Notes under the pieces: generated by a model
Seen by the model: only the letters and a program-made list of their open reading frames with translations
Told to the model about the DNA's origin: nothing
Databases searched by the model: none
Assembly: GCA_964449065.1 (NCBI GenBank)
Contig: CAYVAZ010000013.1
Location: 1 to 33,345 of the forward strand
From: an uncultured bacterium
GTDB taxonomy: Bacteria > Hinthialibacterota > Hinthialibacteria > Hinthialibacterales > Hinthialibacteraceae
Length of the DNA: 33,345 nucleotides
Direction of reading: 5' to 3'
Part shown: positions 25,553 to 33,345 of the stretch, in pieces
How the letters are laid out: every line of letters starts with the position of its first letter
Position numbering within the stretch: the stretch's first letter is position 1
Program-made: the position numbers and the translations under genes

Positions 25553-26482
25553 ATGGAACATAGCAATTTTCCAAACGGGATTGTCGGGGTGATTCAAACG
25601 CCGTTCGATCCGCATGAGAGCATCGATTGGGAAAGTTTAGAACGCTTGATAGAAGATGCTATTGACAGCGGCGTGGACGGCTTTTTGGCGCCGGCCGTGG
25701 CCAGTGAAGTCGGCAAGTTGAGTACGAAAGAGCGGATTGAGATTATCCGGTTTGTTGCGGCAACCGTGAACCAAAGGGTTCCCATTATCGCCGGAGCAAG
25801 CAGTGAGACGATTGAAGAGTGCAAAGCGTATGCAATCTTGGCGAAGGAATTGAACTGCTGCGCGTATTTGCTTTCGGTGCCGGAAGCGTTTTACCGGACG
25901 CCTTCTTACTTTTTGCCCTATTTGCAGATGATTACTCCAATCACAAACTTACCGCTGGTTGTGCAGGATTTGCATTGGCAGAGTTACGGTATGCCGGTGG
26001 AGACGTTAGCGGAGATTCAACAAAACGTGCCGGCATTTCAGGGGATTAAAATCGAGACTGTGCCCGCGGGACCGAAGTATACGCATATCCGGCAGACGTT
26101 TGGGAAAGATTTTTATATCTGCGGAGGCTGGGCGGTGCCGCAGATGATTGAGGCGCTGGACCGGGGTGTGAACGCGCTTATGCCGGAGTGCTCGATGATT
26201 CGCGTATATAAAACCATCTGGAATTTGTATCAATCCGGCAAACGCAGCGACGCGCAGGATTTGTTTCGCCGCCTGCTGCCGATTCTCTCGTTCACCAACC
26301 AAGAGATTTATACATCTATCGCGTTCTTTAAGAAACTGTTGGTCAAGCGGGGGATATTCAAGCATGACACCATGCGCGGGCATTCGTTTGTTTGGGATGA
26401 ATATAACGCGCGTATCGCGGATGAATTGATTGAGCGGTTTTTGGAATTGGAAAATTGGTACCGGATGGGAAAAGGTGTATAA
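25553..26482 (+). CDS. DapA/DHDPS-superfamily enzyme, L-KDA (2-keto-3-deoxy-L-arabinonate) dehydratase-like
   Basis: TPF...IDW, PAVASE in place of GTTGE, VVQD in place of the catalytic Tyr, Schiff-base Lys in GIKIET; AAGGA RBS. Confidence 0.82.
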   Translation: MEHSNFPNGIVGVIQTPFDPHESIDWESLERLIEDAIDSGVDGFLAPAVASEVGKLSTKERIEIIRFVAATVNQRVPIIAGASSETIEECKAYAILAKELNCCAYLLSVPEAFYRTPSYFLPYLQMITPITNLPLVVQDLHWQSYGMPVETLAEIQQNVPAFQGIKIETVPAGPKYTHIRQTFGKDFYICGGWAVPQMIEALDRGVNALMPECSMIRVYKTIWNLYQSGKRSDAQDLFRRLLPILSFTNQEIYTSIAFFKKLLVKRGIFKHDTMRGHSFVWDEYNARIADELIERFLELENWYRMGKGV

Positions 26483-26483
26483 T
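26455..26483 (+). promoter_or_regulatory. sigma70-type promoter for the small antitoxin-like gene
   Basis: TTGGTA (26455-26460), 17 bp, TATAAT (26478-26483); overlaps the upstream stop codon. Confidence 0.55.
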
Positions 26484-26505
26484 GGAAAAAATATAGGAGA
26501 ACAAG

Positions 26506-26685
26506 ATGGAATCAATAAAAGATCAAGCTCACAGAATGATTGATAACTTGCCAGATACCGCCTCTTGGGATGATGCAATTTATGCGCTGTATGTGCTTAA
26601 GAAAATTGAAGCCGGTATGGAAGATTCAAAAGCAGGTCGAGTAACTCCGCATGAAGAAGTTAAGAGAAAATTTCTTACCCGTTAA
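26506..26685 (+). CDS. 59-aa putative type II antitoxin (of the kind found upstream of RelE/ParE toxins), orphan
   Basis: Absent from the ORF track (<60 aa). AGGAGA RBS; MESIKDQAHRMIDNLPDTASWDDAIYALYVLKKIEAGMEDSKAGRVTPHEEVKRKFLTR, with the pattern LPD....D..Y..YV..KIE.G..D...GR...HEEV. Confidence 0.82.
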   Translation: MESIKDQAHRMIDNLPDTASWDDAIYALYVLKKIEAGMEDSKAGRVTPHEEVKRKFLTR

Positions 26686-26757
26686 AACTTACATACTCCA
26701 TTTGCTTTTTGAAAAAAATCAACTATCTTTTATCGCTGATTGGAACTCGTAGGCGTT

Positions 26758-29700
26758 ATGAATGCATCTGAGACCGCGGCGGTAGAGCCCACTCTTTTTG
26801 AACTATCCAGCGCATTCACTACCGGCCAGGATTTCGGGAAACTGCTTTCTCTTTTGGATGATCCCCCCCTGCCCCCGGTTTGTGGAGAGGCTACCGGTGC
26901 ATCCAAAGCGCTACTCGCGGTTGAATTGGCGGTGCAACGCAAGCAGCCCATCCTCATCATCACCCCCGAACAAAGCGACGCGTATTTAATGCAGGATGAC
27001 GTGAAGTTTTTCTGCAACGCACACGAGAATCCGCCCGATGTTTTCGTATTCCCTCACCTGGAACTATTGCCCTATGAATCGCAAGTGCCGGAACTCACCA
27101 TCCGCATGGAGCGCCTGGCACCGGTGCAGCATATATTGGAGCACCGGGACGTGGGGCATCCCTACATCATCATCACACCGGTTGCCGCCGCGTTAAAACG
27201 GATGCCGCCCCTTTCGCATTACGAAGATCAATCGCTGCGGTGTAAAACCGGCAAAACATTGAAGCGGGATGCCGTTTCGGAGTGGCTGGTACAGCAGGGG
27301 TATGAGTTCCGTGATTTGGTGGCCCAGCGTGGTGATTTTTCGATCCGGGGAGATATTATCGATATCTTTTCGTTTTCGTATTCCTATCCCGTTCGGTTGG
27401 AGTTTTGGGGGGATGAGATTGATTCCATACGTCTGTTTGAGGTGGCATCGCAACGCTCGATTGAACAGATCAAAGAAGTTGTGTTCTATCCTGGGAATGA
27501 AGAATCCCTTTTGGCAAAAGCCATTGAAGCCGGCCAGGATTTATTGCCGTTTTGGACCATCTTCGGCAGCGAACCGCTCGTGCTGTTTGCGGAGATGGAT
27601 CAAATCGAACGCGAGAGCGGGAACTTTTATTCTCTGATCGAAAAACGTTATGAATCGGTCGTGACCGGTGAAGCGGAAGATCACGAGTTAAAACTTAGCG
27701 ACGAAGATTTTCATGAGCACCAATCCGTCATCTTGGAACCGCCGGAATTTTTATACTGCACACCGAATGACCTGGCAGCCTCAATCGAATATCAACCCAG
27801 TTTACAAGTCACGGAATTCACACTGGAACCGGATGACCATCATATCAACATCGGGGCCAAACCGGTTGAAGTGTTTGGAGAAGACAAAGCCCAACGGATT
27901 AAGAGCCTGATCAGCCTGAACGCATCCGGCAAAACCGTGATGATAGTCTGTGATAATGACGGGCAAAAAAGCCGAATGGATGAAATCATCCAAGAACAGC
28001 TCGACGGGGATACGATGAAACCACCGCAGTTGTTGATTGGCGAAATGCACCGGGGATTCTCGCTGCCGTATCCCAACGTGCTGCTTTGCACCGACCGGGA
28101 AATATTTGGCCGTTACAAACGCTACCGCACACCCTCGCTTGATGGGATCGCGTTGCCGCTGGAAGATTTGGTTGACTTGCAGCCCGGCGATTATGTGGTG
28201 CACATCGATCATGGGGTCGCGAAATTCGCCGGCATTCGCCGGTTGGAAACCGAAGGCAAAGAAGGGGAATATTTGGAACTGCGTTACGCGGAAAACGGAG
28301 TGCTTTATGTTCCCATCGAACAGATTGACCGGGTGGGGCGGTATTTGGGCGGCGACAATGTAGAGCCAACCCTTTCAAAACTCGGCACCAAAAATTGGGA
28401 GCGGACCAAGTCGCGCGCCAAGCAGGCGATTGAAGACATGGCGGAAGAACTGCTGGATTTATACGCGACACGTTCGATCCAAAAAGGCCACATGTTCGGC
28501 AAAGATACCCACTGGCAGCACGAGTTTGAGGCTTCGTTTTTGTATGAAGAAACCCCGGATCAATGGCGCGCGATTGAAGAGATGAAGCGGGACATGGAAG
28601 GCGACGAACCGATGGACCGGCTGGTGTGCGGTGATGTGGGGTTCGGCAAAACCGAAGTCGCCATTCGCGGCGCGTTCAAAGCGGTCATGGACGGGAAGCA
28701 AGTTGCGGTTCTGGCGCCCACCACCATTTTATGTGAGCAGCACTTTCATACATTTACCGAACGGCTGGCGGATTATCCCATCAAAATTGAAATGCTTTCA
28801 CGCTTTGTGACATCCGGAGAGCAAAAGAAGACCGTCAAGCGAATCAACGAAGGCGATGTTGATATTGTATGCGGAACACACCGGTTGATTTCAAAAGACA
28901 TCAAGTTTAACGATTTAGGGCTGTTAATCATCGATGAAGAGCAGCGCTTTGGTGTGAAACATAAAGAACGCTTACGCCAAATGCGGAAAACGGTGGATAC
29001 GCTGATTCTTTCCGCTACGCCTATCCCCAGGACGCTGTATATGGCGGTATCAGGAATTCGGAATATGAGTTTGGTTTCGACACCGCCCAAAAACCGGCAT
29101 CCCATCGAAACCTATATTATGGAGTGGTCGAGCGACGTAATTGAGAGCGCCATCCTGCGGGAGCTTTCACGCGACGGGCAGGTGTATTTTGTGCACAACA
29201 AGGTGCAGTCCATCGTACAAATTGCCAAGCTGATTCAGGATTTGGTACCGCAGGCGCGCGTTTGTGTGGGGCACGGGCAGATGGGGGAACGGGAACTGGA
29301 AAGCGTGATGAAGAAGTTCATCGCGCATGAATATGATATCTTGGTGGCCACCACGATTATCGAAAACGGCTTGGATATCCCCAACGTAAACACGATCATC
29401 ATCAACAAAGCCAATGAATTCGGGCTATCACAGTTGTATCAGTTACGCGGCCGGGTTGGACGAGACCGGCACCGCGCGTACTGCTATTTGATGGTCCCCA
29501 GCAAGAACGCGTTGTCTCCGGTTTCTCGCAGAAGGCTGCTGGCATTGCAGCAGCATAACCAACTGGGGGCCGGATTTCAACTCGCGATGCAGGATATGGA
29601 AATCCGTGGGATTGGCAATATTTTGGGGCGTGAGCAGCATGGCTATATGGTATCCATCGGTTTTGATCTTTATACCAAACTGCTATCCGGCACGATCACC

Positions 29701-30309
29701 AATATCCGCAGTAAAAAAGGGTTACAGCCTGAATGGGAAACCACTTTGGAGATGACGCCGAAAGGTACAATTCCACCAACATATATTGAAAGCAGCACGC
29801 AGCGTATGTCGATGCACCAGCGTATTGCCAAGATTAAAACCTATGATGAGATTGACCGTTTGCGTGAAGAACTGACGGATATTTACGGGAAACCGCCCAA
29901 GCAAGTGGAACGCTTATTTCTAGGATTGCGTATCCGGGTACGCGCGCATGAATCGGGGATGGATTTGGTGAATCTTGGCAAAAACCGGGGGTTTTTCAGC
30001 TACCATCCTTCGCAGGTCGAAAAGTTCAATCCCCTACGCATTATGCAGTTGAACGGATGGGATGATTTAAAATTAAATGTGGAAACCAAAGGCGATAACG
30101 TCATCGTGAAGTTTGAAGACACGGCTAAACGGGGGGATATTGTTGACCGGGTGTTTGCCTTGCTGGATGAAATCGATACAGATCCGAACGAAGATGTAAA
30201 AGAAAGCCCGCAGCCCTCTCAAACGGTTGCCGCATCCCCCCCGCCCAAGCCGAAAAAGAAATCACGCAAATTAAAACTCAAGAAGCAAATACGCAACTTT
30301 CAAAATTAG
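26758..30309 (+). CDS. mfd: Transcription-repair coupling factor
   Basis: UvrB-like N-terminus (RGDIIDIF, RLEFWGDEIDSIR), VVHIDHG RID, MDRLVCGDVGFGKTEVA, IIDEEQRFGV, LSATPIPRTL, QLYQLRGRVGR, DMEIRG.GNILG, TRCF domain. Start at 26740 or 26758. Confidence 0.97.
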   Translation: MNASETAAVEPTLFELSSAFTTGQDFGKLLSLLDDPPLPPVCGEATGASKALLAVELAVQRKQPILIITPEQSDAYLMQDDVKFFCNAHENPPDVFVFPHLELLPYESQVPELTIRMERLAPVQHILEHRDVGHPYIIITPVAAALKRMPPLSHYEDQSLRCKTGKTLKRDAVSEWLVQQGYEFRDLVAQRGDFSIRGDIIDIFSFSYSYPVRLEFWGDEIDSIRLFEVASQRSIEQIKEVVFYPGNEESLLAKAIEAGQDLLPFWTIFGSEPLVLFAEMDQIERESGNFYSLIEKRYESVVTGEAEDHELKLSDEDFHEHQSVILEPPEFLYCTPNDLAASIEYQPSLQVTEFTLEPDDHHINIGAKPVEVFGEDKAQRIKSLISLNASGKTVMIVCDNDGQKSRMDEIIQEQLDGDTMKPPQLLIGEMHRGFSLPYPNVLLCTDREIFGRYKRYRTPSLDGIALPLEDLVDLQPGDYVVHIDHGVAKFAGIRRLETEGKEGEYLELRYAENGVLYVPIEQIDRVGRYLGGDNVEPTLSKLGTKNWERTKSRAKQAIEDMAEELLDLYATRSIQKGHMFGKDTHWQHEFEASFLYEETPDQWRAIEEMKRDMEGDEPMDRLVCGDVGFGKTEVAIRGAFKAVMDGKQVAVLAPTTILCEQHFHTFTERLADYPIKIEMLSRFVTSGEQKKTVKRINEGDVDIVCGTHRLISKDIKFNDLGLLIIDEEQRFGVKHKERLRQMRKTVDTLILSATPIPRTLYMAVSGIRNMSLVSTPPKNRHPIETYIMEWSSDVIESAILRELSRDGQVYFVHNKVQSIVQIAKLIQDLVPQARVCVGHGQMGERELESVMKKFIAHEYDILVATTIIENGLDIPNVNTIIINKANEFGLSQLYQLRGRVGRDRHRAYCYLMVPSKNALSPVSRRRLLALQQHNQLGAGFQLAMQDMEIRGIGNILGREQHGYMVSIGFDLYTKLLSGTITNIRSKKGLQPEWETTLEMTPKGTIPPTYIESSTQRMSMHQRIAKIKTYDEIDRLREELTDIYGKPPKQVERLFLGLRIRVRAHESGMDLVNLGKNRGFFSYHPSQVEKFNPLRIMQLNGWDDLKLNVETKGDNVIVKFEDTAKRGDIVDRVFALLDEIDTDPNEDVKESPQPSQTVAASPPPKPKKKSRKLKLKKQIRNFQN

Positions 30310-30402
30310 TAGGTGACCTTTTACACTCGCCTAAATTTTCGGGTTGAATTCGATACAATTTGATATACATTAGAAGAATTGTTCCTACAATCGAATTGAT
30401 AT

Positions 30403-31452
30403 TTGGATGATATGACGGATATTATAATCGGACAAAACGATATCACCGGAATGGAAGGGATTCAAAATCAGGATGCATTGAATGATTTTATCCCCATCGA
30501 TACTAAATATTTAGAATCGAATCAAGATTGCAACTTTGCGATTTATATCTATAACAAAGATCGCAATCGGTTTGTTCTGTTTAAAAACGAAGAATCCCAC
30601 CTCGATCACGAGCGGATGATGACGCTCACCAAAAACGGAACCCAACCCGTTTTTGTTCCCAAAGAATTTTCCTACCAACTCAACGAATACCTGTCCGAGA
30701 ATTTGGACAAAATCGTCAACGATCCCAATATGTCTTTGGAGGAGAAGACGCAAACGTTCCACACCATGGCCACATCGGTGATGAAGAATTTGTTTGATTC
30801 GCCGCCGGATATGAAGGCGTTTGTTTCGACAGCCAAAAATGTTTCTGATTCCATCTCGGATTTAATTGTCACCGGGCCGGAATCGATCGCGCAGCTGAGC
30901 GCGCTGCGTTCGTATGACTATTATACATATAGCCACAGTTTGAACGTGACCGTATTGAGTATTGGACTGTATCAAGAACTCATACCCCATGTGCCGCAAA
31001 CACACATTAAAGATTTGACCCGCGGTGTGTTGCTGCACGATATCGGCAAATGCGATGTACCAACGGAATTGACCAACAAAAAAGGGAAATTGAACGACAA
31101 AGAATGGAAGTTGATGCAATCGCATACCACGCATGGGTTTGAACGGCTTGTGGAGGATCATGAATTGACCAAGGATTCGCGCCTGGTCTCGTTGTACCAT
31201 CATGAAGGGTTTGATGGCAGCGGGTATCCTCACGGGATTGGCAGCGAAGAGATTCCATTCACATCGCGGGTGTGCAAGGTGTGTGATGTGTATGACGCGC
31301 TGACCTCCAAACGATCTTATAAAAACGGGATGAATGCGTTTGAAGCGCTGCAACTGATGACGACAGAAATGAAGGATAAGTTTGATCCGGAAGTATTGAA
31401 GCATTTTATTTTGTTTATGCACAAGATGGGAAAATTAAGCACTGGATTGTAG
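30403..31452 (+). CDS. HD-GYP domain protein (putative c-di-GMP phosphodiesterase)
   Basis: YTYSHSLNV, LLHDIGK, HHEGFDGSGYP, DVYDALTSKRSYK; start may be ATG 30412. Confidence 0.93.
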   Translation: MDDMTDIIIGQNDITGMEGIQNQDALNDFIPIDTKYLESNQDCNFAIYIYNKDRNRFVLFKNEESHLDHERMMTLTKNGTQPVFVPKEFSYQLNEYLSENLDKIVNDPNMSLEEKTQTFHTMATSVMKNLFDSPPDMKAFVSTAKNVSDSISDLIVTGPESIAQLSALRSYDYYTYSHSLNVTVLSIGLYQELIPHVPQTHIKDLTRGVLLHDIGKCDVPTELTNKKGKLNDKEWKLMQSHTTHGFERLVEDHELTKDSRLVSLYHHEGFDGSGYPHGIGSEEIPFTSRVCKVCDVYDALTSKRSYKNGMNAFEALQLMTTEMKDKFDPEVLKHFILFMHKMGKLSTGL

Positions 31453-31995
31453 TGAAGGAGGTGCGAATCCATTTAACCCAAGTGCCAGCCTTCCTGCAAC
31501 GCCTGTTTGACTGTTTCCAAAAAAGCATGAAGAGCAAGAGATCGCGGTGATCTTCAAACAACGTTTGTGTTACCTGATGGCTGGTGCTAGCCCGGACCTT
31601 GGTGCGATTCATTTTCCCGCCTTTGATACTCATTCTATTTAAGATGGGTAATTTTATTTCTGTTTGAAATTACTATTGTCATCTCCTCCGTCAACCACCG
31701 GATAGTTGATTTGAACCATGACAAATTCCGGGTCTCGCTTTGGTTCACGTTTAGCTCATGAAGTATTGAATTGGCACAAAACCACTCGCGAAACTATATA
31801 GAAATCAATCGAATCTGGAATTTCGGCATGAAAAACCCAATCGCAAACCATCTAGTTCCACTTGACTTACAACCACAAATCCTATAAAAAAGAAAAGCTT
31901 TCGGCTTAACGGGGAAATTTATCAATAAACCGGAACAGCGCGAAAGCGATCAACCGGAGCATTCCGGACAAATTACATTTATGGAGGAGTAAAGC

Positions 31996-33291
31996 ATGAA
32001 ACGATTTTTTCTAGCATCAGTGGCAGGACTCATGGCAACAGCTGCGGTCAATGCGCAGCACTATCAACTCGGCCCGGAGTGGGTAACGGGTGAAGGCGTT
32101 TATGTAATAGCGGAAGAAGACGGCAACCGTTATTTGGTTGGAGCCGCCGTGAACAACGCCGACCCGAAACACGCTTGGGTCAACCAAGATTTCGGTGATA
32201 CCTACACCGTTCGCTGTGATGTTCGTATGGACTCATGGGTGAACGAAGAAGACTTAAGCCGCGCGGGAATTGCCGCTCAAATCACCCCGGACGGCACCGC
32301 GCCGGATGGCGACGGCGACCGCGGCATCAACTTGCTGTTCCACGACACCACCAGCAATATTGAATTTTTGAACGACTTGCGTGCTTGGGCTGACGATACC
32401 GCCTTCGAATGGTCAACAGGAACATGGTACACGTTTGAATTGACCATCACCGACGGCATCACCGCCAGCGGTTCAGTTACCAATGTAGACGATCCCGCCG
32501 ATTCCGTTGAATTGGTACCATGGGATTTCCCGGATCCGCAAAACCGCTTCGGATTTGCCGGCATCACCCCCAGTACCTTGGGCGGCTTGATGGCTTCTTA
32601 TGACAACTTCGAGGTTGAAGTTGACGGTTCCGTTGTCTTCTCCGATGACTTTGAAGGCACCAACCCAATCTCAAGCACTGTCGGCTTGGGTTCGGAATGG
32701 GTTGCTGGACAAGCCGGTTACTATGTTGTGGACGATGGAACTTTGTTCGCCATCGCAACTTCGGGCGCGGATCCGAAGCACGCGTGGTTCGGCCAAGAAA
32801 TCATCGGCGGCGCTCAAATTTCCGCTGATGTCTCCATGCTTTCTTGGGTGGATGGCGAAGACCTAAGCCGTGCCGGTGTTGCCGTTCACATCCAGCCTGA
32901 CGGCACTGCCCCTGACGGCGGCGGCGACCGCGGCATTAACCTCTTGTTCCACGACAACCTGAACAACATTGAATACCTGAATGACCTGCGCGCGTGGGCA
33001 ACAGACGAAGCCTTTGCTTGGGAAGTGGGAACCGTATACCGCTTCAACCTTGCATCCGATGGAACCACCGTTACCGGCTCTGTCGATGACTTCGAATTGG
33101 CTCCGTGGGATTTCCCGGATCCGCAAAACCGCCAGAACGGCTTTGCCGGGATTACCCCATCCACCCTTCGCGGCTTAATCGCCGGCTTCGATAACGTGGA
33201 AATCCGCGACGGCAGCGGCAATGTCATATTCGCCGACAATTTCGAAGCGTTCCAAACCTCCAACGTAAACACGTGGGAATTGTTTAAGTAA
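31996..33291 (+). CDS. Secreted protein made of two tandem beta-sandwich (concanavalin/DUF1080-like) repeats
   Basis: GGAGGAG RBS; signal peptide ending VNA-Q; repeats at about 32068-32658 and 32686-33249 share ADPKHAW, EDLSRAG, DRGINLLFHD, LNDLRAW, PWDFPDPQNR and GFAGITPSTL. Confidence 0.85.
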   Translation: MKRFFLASVAGLMATAAVNAQHYQLGPEWVTGEGVYVIAEEDGNRYLVGAAVNNADPKHAWVNQDFGDTYTVRCDVRMDSWVNEEDLSRAGIAAQITPDGTAPDGDGDRGINLLFHDTTSNIEFLNDLRAWADDTAFEWSTGTWYTFELTITDGITASGSVTNVDDPADSVELVPWDFPDPQNRFGFAGITPSTLGGLMASYDNFEVEVDGSVVFSDDFEGTNPISSTVGLGSEWVAGQAGYYVVDDGTLFAIATSGADPKHAWFGQEIIGGAQISADVSMLSWVDGEDLSRAGVAVHIQPDGTAPDGGGDRGINLLFHDNLNNIEYLNDLRAWATDEAFAWEVGTVYRFNLASDGTTVTGSVDDFELAPWDFPDPQNRQNGFAGITPSTLRGLIAGFDNVEIRDGSGNVIFADNFEAFQTSNVNTWELFK

Positions 33292-33313
33292 TTTCACCTT
33301 TCTTTGTAAAACG

Positions 33314-33345
33314 AAAAAAGGCGGCTCATTGAGCCGCCTTTTTTT
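33314..33345 (+). terminator. Rho-independent (probably bidirectional) terminator
   Basis: AAAAAA-GGCGGCTC-ATT-GAGCCGCC-TTTTTTT just after the stop at 33291. Confidence 0.92.

Noticed and set aside
30332..30356. sigma28-like TAAA...TTCGATAC before the HD-GYP gene
   Set aside because: The spacer is 2 bp short and the -10 has several mismatches.
31415..31690. 72-aa minus-strand ORF and a 15-codon ORF next to GGAGGAG
   Set aside because: The first overlaps the HD-GYP 3' end and has no motif. In the second, the SD abuts the ATG with no spacer.
31925..31965. c-di-GMP-I riboswitch (AAACC...GAAA...)
   Set aside because: It lacks the GG(Y)AAAC start and the GGxCGCAAAGC junction; kept only as a generic structured leader.

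Overview
A 33.3-kb chromosomal window from a moderate-GC bacterium, with no rRNA, tRNA, CRISPR or transposase detected. The protein style (WD40/Pro-Thr secreted protein, Trp-containing C-terminal tail, Planctomycetes-type REP hairpins, futalosine-pathway menaquinone genes) suggests a PVC-adjacent candidate phylum such as Ca. Hinthialibacterota/OLB16; this is a tentative inference. Housekeeping genes are gdhA, mtnA, rsmA, mqnD, ubiX, an mqnP-like prenyltransferase, mfd, a YyaL-family protein, a gamma-carbonic-anhydrase-like protein and a DapA-family enzyme. They are interleaved with envelope genes (two S66 LD-carboxypeptidase paralogs, a site-2 protease, a six-hairpin glycosidase plus GT4 pair, a SleB-type lipoprotein) and signalling genes (STAS, MshEN-like, HD-GYP). 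Highlights: (1) a translationally coupled S66 pair in which the Tat-signal-bearing copy has lost its catalytic Ser and His while the signal-less copy is intact, a candidate Tat 'hitchhiking' heterodimer; (2) a near-consensus sigma28 promoter in front of a membrane protein and a 748-aa very acidic DUF2325-like protein; (3) an orphan 59-aa antitoxin-like gene missed by the ORF track; (4) an exact 18-bp direct repeat bracketing a hairpin-rich intergenic segment; (5) a secreted two-repeat protein with a candidate C-terminal sorting motif.
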